64,000 nt of DNA from Ptychomitrium polyphyllum (taxonomy: Eukaryota): positions 10,478,001 through 10,542,000 of the forward strand of contig OZ316775.1 of the NCBI GenBank assembly GCA_973851085.1, given 5' to 3'. The translations under genes were made by a program, and so were the position numbers. Within the stretch, counting starts at the first letter, position 1, and every line of letters begins with the position of its first letter. Below the pieces are notes generated by a model that was not told the origin of the DNA, searched no databases, and worked only from the letters and a program-made list of their open reading frames with translations. This document shows, piece after piece, positions 52,641 through 64,000 of this stretch.

Positions 52641-55600
52641 CTCATGTTCATCACCAGACTCCGGATGTGAGCGTGCAGTCGCTGAAATCGTTTTCATTCC
52701 ACTTCAGTTATTAGGATCATGCTTTTGAAGTTTTGCTAATCCCCTAGTACAGGCATGTGAGGTGGGACCCTTGGGCACGGTAGCTGGTGGGCCGCTCACG
52801 AACCACCACATGCCACCAGAAGACAAGTTTGGGCCTACGTTTGCACGAAGCGAGATTTTGAAGATCAAGATATGCTCGGCTTGGTCTCCCACAGAGCTTA
52901 GAGGAGTTCTTCAACGGCCTCCCGATCGGAAGCGGAACGTCTCGCTGTGAAGTGTCGGTCTTTAAAATGTGTCGAGCTCTTTCATCCACAACCGGGGCCC
53001 GGAAGTGTTTCTCGCAGCTCTCTTGTATGGAAAGTATATAGATAAAATCGAAGAACATCGGCTGCTTACTCGTGTATCATAACATCTTTGAGTTGCCAAA
53101 CATCTTCCGGTGAATGGTTCTTCGAGTTTGTGAGTCAACAATTGGTGTTTACGCGGGCAAGCATGCTATGCGTCTTTTGAATGACTACACTTGCTCATGT
53201 TTCTCTTTGCCAAACATGCCATATGAGTCCTTCTCATCCAGTATTTGTTGTGAGTGACTTTGGTGGTAGAAGGCCACTCCTTCATATAGGAGCTTTCGAC
53301 CGCCCCCATTGTGGGTCGGACAACTTCCAGATTCACTCTTCAGTCTGATCATGGATATTCCGCATTGAATATTCATCATTGAATGGGCATGCCACTTTGG
53401 TTACCGGACTATTTATGGCTGATTTTTGGGAGTTAGGACTGCAGCGTTAGGGCTGTACTGTAGGTTCTGAGCTAGTGACTGTAGTAGCTGGTCAAGCTGA
53501 AGTTGTGTGGCAGTTATTGTGAAGCATATAGTGATGTGTCTGAATCTTGGAAGGAGTGTACATGAGTTTTTGCTGTGGTTTGAGTCCATAGTAGTATAGG
53601 AAGTTTTTGTTTTGGGACAGTACGTTTTACTATGTGAACTTGGTTCAGATTGTGAGGGGGATGTCAAGGTGCTTAGACTTCAGGAGACAATCCTAGTCTC
53701 CGTGTGGATCAGTGATTTTGTTAGAAACTTTGAAATGATTTTGCTCATAAAGTAGTTAGATCTATTCTTGGTTGGTACAATTTGAGGTTCAGTTTTTTAG
53801 TGCAGACTACATCTCAGTGCGGGGAAGGCAGGTCTACAGCTTCTGAGGGCACATTTTTTTACGCAATGCTCGATCTTTTTATGTCGAGGAGGGATGTATT
53901 GTACAAGGTTTCTCTTCTGAGCTTTCGCAGGATTCTATGCTTTTTCTTTGACAAACCATGCGAGATTATAATAGGCAATGCTAAAGCATTGGGCAAGAAT
54001 TTTACAACTGTGAACATCTCAGTCGGGATAGGACTGGTAGGCGTTTATCCAGACCTCCTCAAATACTTCAAGGTTCCATACGGGAGCCCAAGGAGACAAA
54101 GGTGCAAAATTGGTTCACCATGTCCAGTGAAACTTTGCTTCGTTGTTGATTATAATGAACTCGTTATTCCTCTCTGTATTAATACCACATAAATTAAATT
54201 AGTCTTGTGGATACAAACTAATTTTATATCTGTTGTAGAGATTATTATATTAAAGCAATCAATGTGGGCAACAATTTGGTTCGGGACTTTTATAAAATAG
54301 ATTCGATTCGGATGAAAGGCTTGGATTGAAAATTAGTCTGAGACGGTTTTTTGGATGAGAAAGGAAGAATTATGGCTTGGCAGGCACAATACGAACCGAG
54401 CACACTAGAGATGGTTTGATATATAGTGTAGTCCGGATCTAACATTCTTTTAAAAACCTCAATTTTGGCTTTTATAATGGCATGGAATGCATTTGCACAT
54501 AATTAACATTTGTAGGACATGCTTTCTAATTCTTATTATATTCTGATTTATATAAAAAAAACGTAAAGTTGAATAATTCAAAAAAAAAAACCAATTGAGT
54601 TACTTTTTATATGGAGTTGTTTTTTTTTTATAATTTTAGGAAACCAAACAAATTTTCCTACCATCATGTTCTTCATTCTGCAATGTACCTGTTATCAAAA
54701 ATTTGAATTTGTCTAACATATATTCGAATTTATATGAGTTTTTATGAGTTTTTTTTTAAATTGGTTATTTAGAGTAATCTTAATATTATTGATTCTCATT
54801 AAGGATTTAAAAATGTTTTAGCTCTTAACAAATATATGCCATTCCATAATATGAAACTGATGCTAAATAAGATTCCATCTTATGTATAGGTATAAAACAA
54901 CAATATTGGACATAATATATAAATTTTAATTATATTATTATATGTATATATTGGACATTGATTTTTTTTTATATTTATGAAGTTAGGAAATGCATTTTAT
55001 AAACAAGTTTGGATAGTTAGATACAATATTGTGCAATCTTAATCTCTTGGATTACTAAAATACATAAAAAAGAATTCTTATATAATATTAAAAAGAAAAA
55101 CAAAGAATTAATTACCTTTTTGAAGAAGATCTATAATTCAATGTTCATAGAATTGACTTATTGTTATAACTATAACAAAACTTTTTGTTGTAAACTTTTA
55201 ACAAGATACTTCATAAATCCAATTTTAAGGTCTATTTGAATGAGAATACCAAAATAAAATTTATAAATCTTAGCTCATAAATCATATATGTATGGTTGGA
55301 TTTATCTTTATTATTGCCAGTAAATTTAATTGATTTTTTAATTATGAATTCAAATTTTTTAGATTTTATTAATAAAATGAATTTTACTCTTTGATTTCAT
55401 ATTATGTTAATAAACCTCAAAAATAAAATTCTCAATATTGGAAGCTTTTTACGTTTTTGAATAATCAGAATTCAAAACCTCATCTTGATATCAGAAGAAA
55501 AAGTTAAATTATTTGGTCAAATGAGTAAGTTGAATATATATTTCAACAAAATACACAAATTCATATTTTTGAATTAAAGAATTATCTTTTTAATGAAATC

Positions 55601-55725
55601 ATTCGAATAATGATGAATTACTTTAAGAATTTCGAAAATGTCATGGATTAAAGAAGTAATCAAATAATTATGGATGGCAAAGGAACTAATATTTATATGT
55701 TTATATGTCTACAATCTTAGTCTTT

Positions 55726-55890
55726 AAAAAATATTCAATTAAAAATGAACTTGTATAATAAAAAGATGGAAGTATTAATTCTCTGATACATGTAAAAATC
55801 TTATATGTAAAAAATATTCAATTAAAAATGAACTTGTATAATAGAAAGATGGAAGAATTAATTCTCTGATACATGTAAAAATCTTGTATG
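55726..55890 (+). repeat. Two-copy 83-bp tandem duplication
   Basis: aaaaaatattcaattaaaaatgaacttgtataata...gatacatgtaaaaatctt starts at 55726 and again at 55809, with few substitutions. Confidence 0.9.
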
Positions 55891-56022
55891 AGTTAAAGGC
55901 ATTCAAGTTCAGTTCTTGTACAAAGTAAAGTGCATTTGCTTTTATAAGGTTTTACCAAGGCATTAATTTAAATTCATGACAAAGGCAGAAATGAAATAAA
56001 ATCCATCAAAAAGATACAATAA

Positions 56023-56096
56023 TGCTCTGTACAGGGATCGAACCTGTGACCTTCGCGTTATTAGCACGACGCTCTAACCAGCTGAGCTAACAAAGC
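56023..56096 (-). tRNA. tRNA-Ile (anticodon AAU)
   Basis: Minus strand GCTTTGT TAGCTCAGCTGGTTAGAGC G TCGTG CT AAT AA CGCGA AGGTC ACAGG TTCGATC CCTGT ACAGAGC A forms a full cloverleaf with A/B boxes and downstream T runs. Confidence 0.96.
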
Positions 56097-56602
56097 TAAC
56101 ATGTTCGCGATGGGAAGCTCAATATTTTCAAATCACATTCTCTAGCGATATTAGCGGATATTATGTTCATTCAAATGGGAGAGAAAGTAAACCTTACAAG
56201 GGATGTCGAAGCGCCATACTCCTGTTGGGACAGAAATCATGTGCAGGAGGTTAGGATTTGGGTGCCCTGAAGCCTCAAACTGGAATGAAGTTTACCTGGA
56301 GTTGCCAGTATTTTGATACCAGGGACAATCTGAGCGCACTCTGTGGGAGGTTCCCTTGATGGTGATGCAGGGCTGAGAACATGAGAAGACTCATGAGGGA
56401 CACATAGCCTCAGCTGGAAGCAAAACCTGGCCATACCAGGCGGGTTGCACATCAACTCTAAGTCATTCACACGTCCGACAACAATGAAGAATTGCAATGT
56501 TCAAGTGGCCTGTACGTGTGGTAACCAGAAGACAATCATCCTGATCAAGTCAGAACCTCTGGATGAGCACAATCTGAACAGCATCAAGAGCAGAGCATCA
56601 GG

Positions 56603-56637
56603 TTCAGGGTTCAGGGTTCAGGGTTCAGCGTTCAGGG
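56603..56637 (+). repeat. (TTCAGGG)5 telomere-variant-like array
   Basis: ttcaggg x3, ttcagcg, ttcaggg. Confidence 0.8.
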
Positions 56638-56711
56638 GATGAGATCCTGGTGATGTGAAGATGGAAAGGCCAAGCCAATTTACATCACAGCTTGGAAAAC
56701 CAGTACCGAGA

Positions 56712-59700
56712 CTATTGTGTAGCAGTGTGGGGTCGCGGGTGGCGGTGGTGCTTGGTGCGGGCGGATTTTGGCCGTGCGCCAGCAAGTGCAGGTGCAGGCT
56801 GTTTCTGCACGCTGTCGAATGCAGAGAGGTAGGGGTCATCGTCAGCACGAAGCTCACTGAGAGTATGCTCAACTTCAGCATCATTGGACGACCGGGTCTT
56901 GTCAAACTCAAAAGGGTTGCAACCTTCGGACATCTCCAAGTCCATCTTCAAGATGTTGTCCACCCTGCACCCAAACAACCCTTATCAATCATCTGAATGC
57001 ACATTCACATCAGATGTGCTCCCTCTGTACTCTACAGTTTCGCTCTTCGATCTGCTTGCATCAGGTTTAGATTTTCTTTTCAAATTAGGTTGACAGTTTC
57101 ATGTTTGGCTGAGGTCCGAGTTCAATATTCCATCCAAGGCTGGTTGATAGCCATGTTTTCTTCAACAAAAAGTCATTTAGCAAAGTAGTTATTATCGGTA
57201 GGTCAAGATCTTAAATTCCAAAGATAGAAAAGAACGTTAGCTTACAAGTATCGGTCGCGTTCACTCTGGGATAGGGGTTGCTCTGGTTGTCGCAGTGGGG
57301 GCCTGCTTCGACCAATTGCAGAATTGGGCCGTAGCAACGGCTGCTTCGTGAAGCCATCGATGGAGACCCTTGTTGGACCACTGTATGGAACAGACCTCAC
57401 GGGCACGACGTTCTGGACCAAGTTCCAAGTCTCATTCTCTTCGTCCCAGTGGACTCGCCGCATAACTTTATTCAACTCCTCAGTTGGTATGAATTTCTGT
57501 CGTTGTCAGAAAAGTAAATTAGCTTGTTAGATAACCAGAAAACCAATGTACAAAAATGGGACTCACAGACACAATAATATTAGAAATTCAACCCCAACAT
57601 AGTTCATAAAAACAACTGGTTACAAGAAAATTGACTTACATCAATCAGAAAGTTTTTAAGTTGCAGCTGCTGATCGAGGGAACGCAATGACAAGAACATG
57701 TCAGCTCGCTCTCTTTGAAATTCGTGGATCGTATCTTGAAGTTCAGTGCGTAGCGCACTGAGCTCATTTTTGCTCTGCTGATATCGAGCCATCAACTTCC
57801 GGAGCTTACGAGTCTTCATCTCCACCTAACGTTGGTTTATAAACACCATTCAACACAAATTTTCAATACAATCAGAAGCCAAATTGGTAAATGATGACTT
57901 CTCAATTAAAGCTAGAGCTTGTTTTGCAACTAGTTTAAATGTCCAGAATACTATCCCATCGGGTACATGCGAATGTCCAGCATTTCTCTGTACCCTCGTT
58001 CAAATTCGCTCACATATATAGATGAATTTTCTCCCTAAAATCTTCTCCAGCTGTTGCTATTATGATGAGTCACCCTGTGACCGTACATATAAGCAGTATG
58101 CGCAAAGTTGACACACAGAGAATTCAAGTGTTGCACTGCAAATCAAGACGCCCTCTTAATCATGTCAGGAGCTGGTAGGAGGACTTGTAAAATGGTCTCA
58201 CCTCTTCCTCCATCGTGTTGCATTTCTCCTCTGCCATTAGCTGAGCTTCCTGAATCCATTTGTGAAAAACCCATATTGGCAATATGAGAAAATGCCCACA
58301 GAACAAGATTATAAGTGCCACAGGTAATCACGTATATCATACTACAATTACTCAAATGGCAAGTCTAGACGAAATGCGCAGGTCCATTCAGGAACTATGG
58401 AGTCGACCAAAATTGGCAACCCATGAATACATCTCCACAATCAACCTCGTGGAAAGTAATAGCGTCAACCTTAACTAAGAAAGGACTACGTCCATTTTTG
58501 AAAAATAATGTTACGAAACAAACACTTGACACTCAGATTTAAACTATTATATATAGAATCATATCCGAAGGATCAACCTCAAGCTCGGCAATCTTCCGTT
58601 GACGCTCTTCGTCCATGCTCTCCTTTTCTTGCAGCTGTTGCTCACGCAATGCTAGCTCGACTTCCTTTTGTTTTGCTTTTTCCAGCAGCTTCTCATTATC
58701 ATTGTTGGTGCCGTGGACAAGCTTTTCCTCCAAAGCCCGGAGCTTGGTAGCCATCAAATCCCGATCTTCCTTCTCACGGGCCAAAGCCTAAATGAATTCA
58801 TTTATATTGCAAGTTACATCACAATTGTTGTTTTCGTACCCGATGAACCTAAACTCCCGGAATGAAAAACGGTAATGCCATACCTGGTAATGCGACTGCA
58901 ACTCCATGAGCTGCTGCTGCAGTTGCTTTGCGATACGCTGCTTCTCTTCGTCTGACCTCTCTTTCTCTGCCTTCAATGCTTCCATATCGTACTGTGCCTA
59001 TATCCGTGATCAAAAAATACAAATTCCCGTCACATAAATTCTGGTCAATGACATGTTCATGGACCTTAGCACGATGGTGAGTTCAGCAATTCATTGCACA
59101 GGCTACTATTCTAAGAATGGATCATATGCAATAGTTTCTGAGGAGCTTACTCGAGTGTATACAGGTTTCAAGTTCATAACCTAACAAATCAACTCATCCG
59201 TGAGATGGGAAGCTTTGGTTGTGAGTACTATATGAAGAACTAAAATGGCATCTGAGCAGTCTAAATAGTCCGGTAGATACTGAAGTTCTAATGAAAGAAG
59301 GGATGAACGGAATCTTGCTCCAATGAACATGTATACCTTACGTTCAAAATCAGCTTTGATGCAGGCCATAGCTTGCTCACTCATGGATTTGTGCAAGGAG
59401 ACCTGGTGCTCCATATCCTCTTGCATCTTGGCCCTCAGTTGCTGCATCTCTAGCTCCCGATCTGCTGCACTCTGAGCCGTAGGCTCTACCTTGTTCTGCA
59501 TTCTCTCATCCAAAGCGGGGCCGCTTTCTTGCAGTTGCGCTCTCAATCTGTTCAGCACACGATGATTAGCTCAAGCATTCCTATGATATGTAGAACTACT
59601 TTTGTGCGGTTCTTGGAATCTCATGCCCCTCCCCTGCTCATCAAATAACTTAAGATTGGACCAGTTGACAAATTCCAATATCAGATTTCTAATAGCGAAT

Positions 59701-61963
59701 TGCTGGTCATCATAACACCTCGAACTTGATCGGTACAGTTTCATATCTATAAAACTATTCGGAAGTTTTGGGATATACACATAAATCATCAACTATTCAC
59801 AAAAAAAGAGGAACTGCTGGAAAGTTCAGGTAGTTTTACTCTACAGTTTCTTTCACAATGTGAGATAAAAGGTCGTGAGATTTTCCCATAGCATATACAT
59901 GAATACCTTGCGATTTCCTCTTGAAATTCACGGAGGATGGCATCTTTTGGGTCCTCGTTAATACGAGGTTTGTTCTTGATGCTCTTGGCCCGGTTTGCAT
60001 ACCTCAGCGTGCTTACGCTCTCATCGTAATTGTAGTCAGCTGGACCTGTAATATAAATCGTATGTCCTTTTTCAAGCAGCAGTTCATATTGTTAACAACC
60101 ATATTTCAAGACTTCATTCTACTTCGGAATTATTGAATACAGATCATGATTATCTGATTTGTACTTTCAACAGAAACATTTTCAGATTTTATACAAGTTT
60201 GCTATAATGCTATGTGGGAATCAGACCTATATTTGCGATCATTACAGTGCGAGTGTTGCCTCCAAGAGAGTCTTGCAAGAGGCGAGTGAGTTTTGAGTCA
60301 CGGTAGGGAACATGCGAACTTTTGCCGTCCACAAGGGCAGATATGACATTGCCCAAAGCCGATAAAGACCAGTTGATATTTGTGAGCTCGCGGAATCTGT
60401 CTCCCGTGGCTCCTGTTTTGTTCAGCCTCTCACTGCCAGCCAGATCCACCTACCCAATTGTCTTTTGGCAATCAGGGTTCAGGTGATAAAATAATGACAT
60501 TCTCAAAACGTACACTACAATGGCAAAACCTACAAACATCCTCTCCACAATCCAGAATAACGATCAACCTGAAAGTACCATCATCCATGACATTCTGACA
60601 TCTAGTTAGAGTTGGTCAGTACCAGGTTCAGCTTGCCCACTCGAATATGCATGCTGCCATCAGTCCCTGCGGATGTACTGCGGGCACTCGTCTCCACAGT
60701 AATGGTAAAGATGGAATGCGAGCGAGAAGAGTCTTGGTTCATCAACGTCGCTGCCACTGACCTGCTTTTCTTGCCCACCTAGATTTGCCGCAACCAACCC
60801 ATGAACTCAAAATCCAATTCCCATGAGCTGACAAAACAAACATTGGAAGCACTCTTCTGGTAAATAGAACTCAAAGATGGTGTACTCTATGTGACTGAGA
60901 GATTATCACTCACTCTCAACTCTTTACAGCTCAATGCTGGCCTCTACATCATGCATTTTGCAGAATCATGCTGTTATCATATAAGGTCAACCCTAACCAA
61001 AGACATCTGCCGAAGTAGAGATGTGGACATTCCGTATTAGAAGTATGTCAGAGCTGATAAACTCGGAACAATGTCGTGGAAGAGGAATGGGGCTCACTGT
61101 GAGGAGGTGGCTGATGTCACCCACGCTTTGGACGGTGATTGAAGTCAAGTTCTTCACATAAACGCTGCCTTCCACATTCTCTTTGAGCTCCAGACGCGTC
61201 AAAGATTGTGGCCCAGCCAACAAATCGCGAATTTCCTCATTGTGAATTTCCAAATAAGAGGCCCGCACCAGGAAGTTGTCCGAACTCTGGCTCCCTTGAA
61301 TGTGGGTAAAGATGTCTTCAAAAGCTTGAGGGATAATACCCCGCAATGCTGCAACCCTATCACTCATTAGACACCACTTCTTACACCGACCATGCGACCT
61401 GGTATGGTATGATTCTACACATGGACAGAACTTGGAGACGTCGGAGGTTTTGGCAATCGCTCTCATGCCAAACCGTGAGAGATCATATCAGACTTTGTAT
61501 AACTGTCAAGTTTCTATTTGACAAGAGGTTGGAGTTTCTTGATACCAGGAGGATCGTCAAGTCCGTCCATTGTGAAAGTCTTTCCGGAAGCCGTCTGTCC
61601 ATACGCCAACACGGTGCCATTGTAGCCGCACATAACGCTGTGCACAATAGGATGGGCAACATCATCGTAGAGCTGTCGTTGCGTGGAACTCGCATCGTAA
61701 GTCTTGTCGAAAGTGAAGAGCTTCGGTGCCTGTTCTGGTTGCTTCACGTTCTTCACTTGAATTGTACTGCCCACCGTGTCCACTACTACACAGTTGCTAC
61801 GGCCCTCTGTGGTCTCTTTCTCCAGCATTGGTCGGCATCGCACCACCACTTGTACTCTCTCAGCACGACGAGCTGATCCGCCACTGGATGAGACACTGGA
61901 TCCCGTGGAGTTTGATCGCTGCATCAACCCTAACCCATGCCCTCGTCCTCGGTTCTCTTTCAT
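56712..61963 (-). CDS. Kinesin-II (kinesin-2, KIF3/FLA10-like) motor subunit, multi-exon
   Basis: Motor motifs [76 protein letters not shown] and the kinesin-2-type neck [22 protein letters not shown]. Coiled-coil exons follow, then tail WDEENETW and [14 protein letters not shown]. First exons: 61963-61546, 61348-61098, 60778-60623, 60449-60227, 60045-59907; last exon 56964-56712. Confidence 0.92.
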
Positions 61964-63491
61964 CCTTCCAGTCCGAGTAGGTTGCTTTTTACGATACTGT
62001 GTTGAGATGGAGTTCTGCTACTCTTCACCACAATTTCTGCATTCGACAACCCGTGCAAGAGTGAGGAAGCCGGATTTCCAACCCTACCTCGCATTCATCA
62101 GGAAATTGAACGCTGTTAAATGACTCATCTTGTTGGCTTCCGGATCTCAATCTTGAAAGGATGAACCTCCTGGTCTGCTTCCTGATTAGGAATAATTGAG
62201 CTTGATTTATTACAAACAGCATTCGGGAAATTGGTTCAGTCAGACTCAGAATCACTGCTATTCTGCACCAATTTTGAGCGCGTTTTTAGTGCGACCAGTT
62301 CAAGGGCAGACAGTATGCATCATAACACGGCCACGGTCAGTCTCCGATTGTAAAGCATAGAATCTAATTTTGGCAGGATCGTTCTGAAACATTGAGACCC
62401 AAGAAACGCTGCAATCGCTTGGTGGATCACTCGAAATCAACAAACGAGTCTCCCATGAATCCAAACAGTACTTCCCAGTAGATGACCACAATTAGGTGAA
62501 CGAAATTCTGGAGAGAAAGAGGTTGGAGGCAAAGAGTCGTCGTCGTCGCTGGCAGTTACAGGAGATGGAGAGCTTGGGTCATCGGTAGCCATCACTGACC
62601 AACGGATGGAACGGAGGCCCACAAAACAAAACGCTACCGTCTGCACGACGGTGATGCAGTGACAAAGCTATGCCGGCCGATGGACACCTCTTGTCCTCTG
62701 ACCATGGTCGTGACATAATTCACGAAATTCAGTAGAAAGCTCGGTTGGGTTCCACCTCCCGATTCTTCACATACTTGGTTGTCAGACCTTAATCCCAAAC
62801 TCTTTCGGTCATCATGGCTTTCAGACGAAATCCTATCTACCAGCTGCGAAAACTTCGTGAGGCACTTGGAATGAGACATCACCAGTGAATTAACCCTCCA
62901 CGATTTCAACAGTATTCTCCAACGGTTCATTCATGCATTGACTTTTGATCCTCATAAACTTCTGTTCAACGTACCCCACTCCCGAACATATATTGAATGT
63001 AAACCAATTCCCGGACAGCGAAACTAAGGAGAAAGAAGCAGAAAATAGGGCGCGACAACCTCTATTTCCAATCCGATGATACGAAAATTGCGATTTACGC
63101 CGCTCAAGTCAAGCTGGAAGATCTGCAGATGCACTCCTGAATGACCTTCAGACGCAGTCCTTATTTTGTATTTAAAATGAATACGTGCAACATCTTCCTA
63201 CTAGAGTAGATAGCCAATCTCTGTCAGTGTTCCCTTGATTGAGGTGGATGGGCATGTTCCTAGTACTCTAGCCTATTAAAACAAGAATATCCTGGTCCCC
63301 CATCACTTGCATAGACTTTTGCTACAAATGAAATATGATCGGTTACTTGTACAACACCAATAAGTTACTAGGAGATCAACAACAATAAGTGCTATTTTTA
63401 TAAAGGCCTGACATTAGGCAAATATACAACTTTGAAAACTCAAGTGGATTTCAGGGTTTTCAGAGAAGACCGTAAGGATGGGAACCGCCAT

Positions 63492-63972
63492 TTAAGCTGC
63501 GGGAGCTCCAACGAGAATGAAACGCAACTGCGACCACTCGTGTGTTCGTATTGTTGTACTAGCTTGCTTTTGTGAAGGTGGAATGTATAGCCCGTGTCCT
63601 TCATTCTGATAAAAAGGAGCCTTATCTTCCTCAAAACGATTAGGTTCAAAAATGCCCACTCCCTGCATAAGCATAACAAAAGCTTCACCAGAACGAAAAC
63701 TTCAACCCACCTTTACGGGGAAGGTCCTTGGTATTGACGAACAGCAGTCTAACTTCTCCATTAGAATGACTCGTAATATATTTTAGAAGAAATTCATACA
63801 AGTGTCAAAAGAAGCAGCGAAGAACGGGGAGTTTTCTCAGATAACGCGGAACGAGAGAAACAAATAAGAGAAAGAAAGAGCTCACCTCAAGAATGTAAAT
63901 TACAATTCCAAAAGCGGGATCCAAAGGCAATGACAACTCCGAACCAGGCCGCATTTGCACATCAAGCATCAC
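63492..63972 (-). CDS. 3' exons of a pirin-like (cupin) protein; gene continues beyond the window
   Basis: Exons 63972-63886 (VMLDVQMRPGSELSLPLDPAFGIVIYILE) and 63662-63492 (GVGIF...LRFILVGAP) resemble the pirin C-domain (YLDxxLxPG...FVYxLEGxGxF...LRFxLxxGxP). Confidence 0.6.
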
Positions 63973-64000
63973 CTGCCAAGCAAAAAAAACGATCATCATC

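Larger units (their letters stand above)
49110..53409. repeat. Right arm of the 4.3-kb inverted repeat
   Basis: Reverse complement of 44460-48759. Confidence 0.97.

Noticed and set aside
62025..62646. ORFs upstream of the kinesin as a possible N-terminal extension
   Set aside because: There is an in-frame TAA shortly upstream of ATG 61963 and the ORFs are in differing frames. Treated as leader/uORF sequence without transcript data.

Overview
Eukaryotic plant genomic DNA, most consistent with a moss (Physcomitrium/Funariaceae-like). The evidence is GT-AG spliced genes, Tcn1-like and Phygy-like Gypsy relics, and an IFT kinesin-II, which seed plants without flagellated sperm lack. From left to right: (1) a phosphoglycerate kinase pseudogene whose last intron is interrupted by a ~21.4 kb insert bracketed by a 27-bp direct repeat. 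The insert carries a decayed LRR receptor-kinase in permuted order (kinase tail first, ectodomain and TM last), two heavily G>A/C>T-mutated Gypsy LTR retrotransposons and a small NLR-type LRR fragment. (2) A pre-miRNA-like hairpin and a PEX11b-like gene with a premature stop. (3) DUF3475/DUF668 (PSI-like) and NDR1/HIN1-like genes. (4) An AT-rich tract, then an apparently perfect 2 x 4.3 kb palindrome holding two head-to-head RanBP1 genes around a short spacer that contains an assembly gap. (5) tRNA-Ile(AAU), a kinesin-II motor gene and the 3' end of a pirin-like gene. All calls come from manual reading; no database searches or folding were run.
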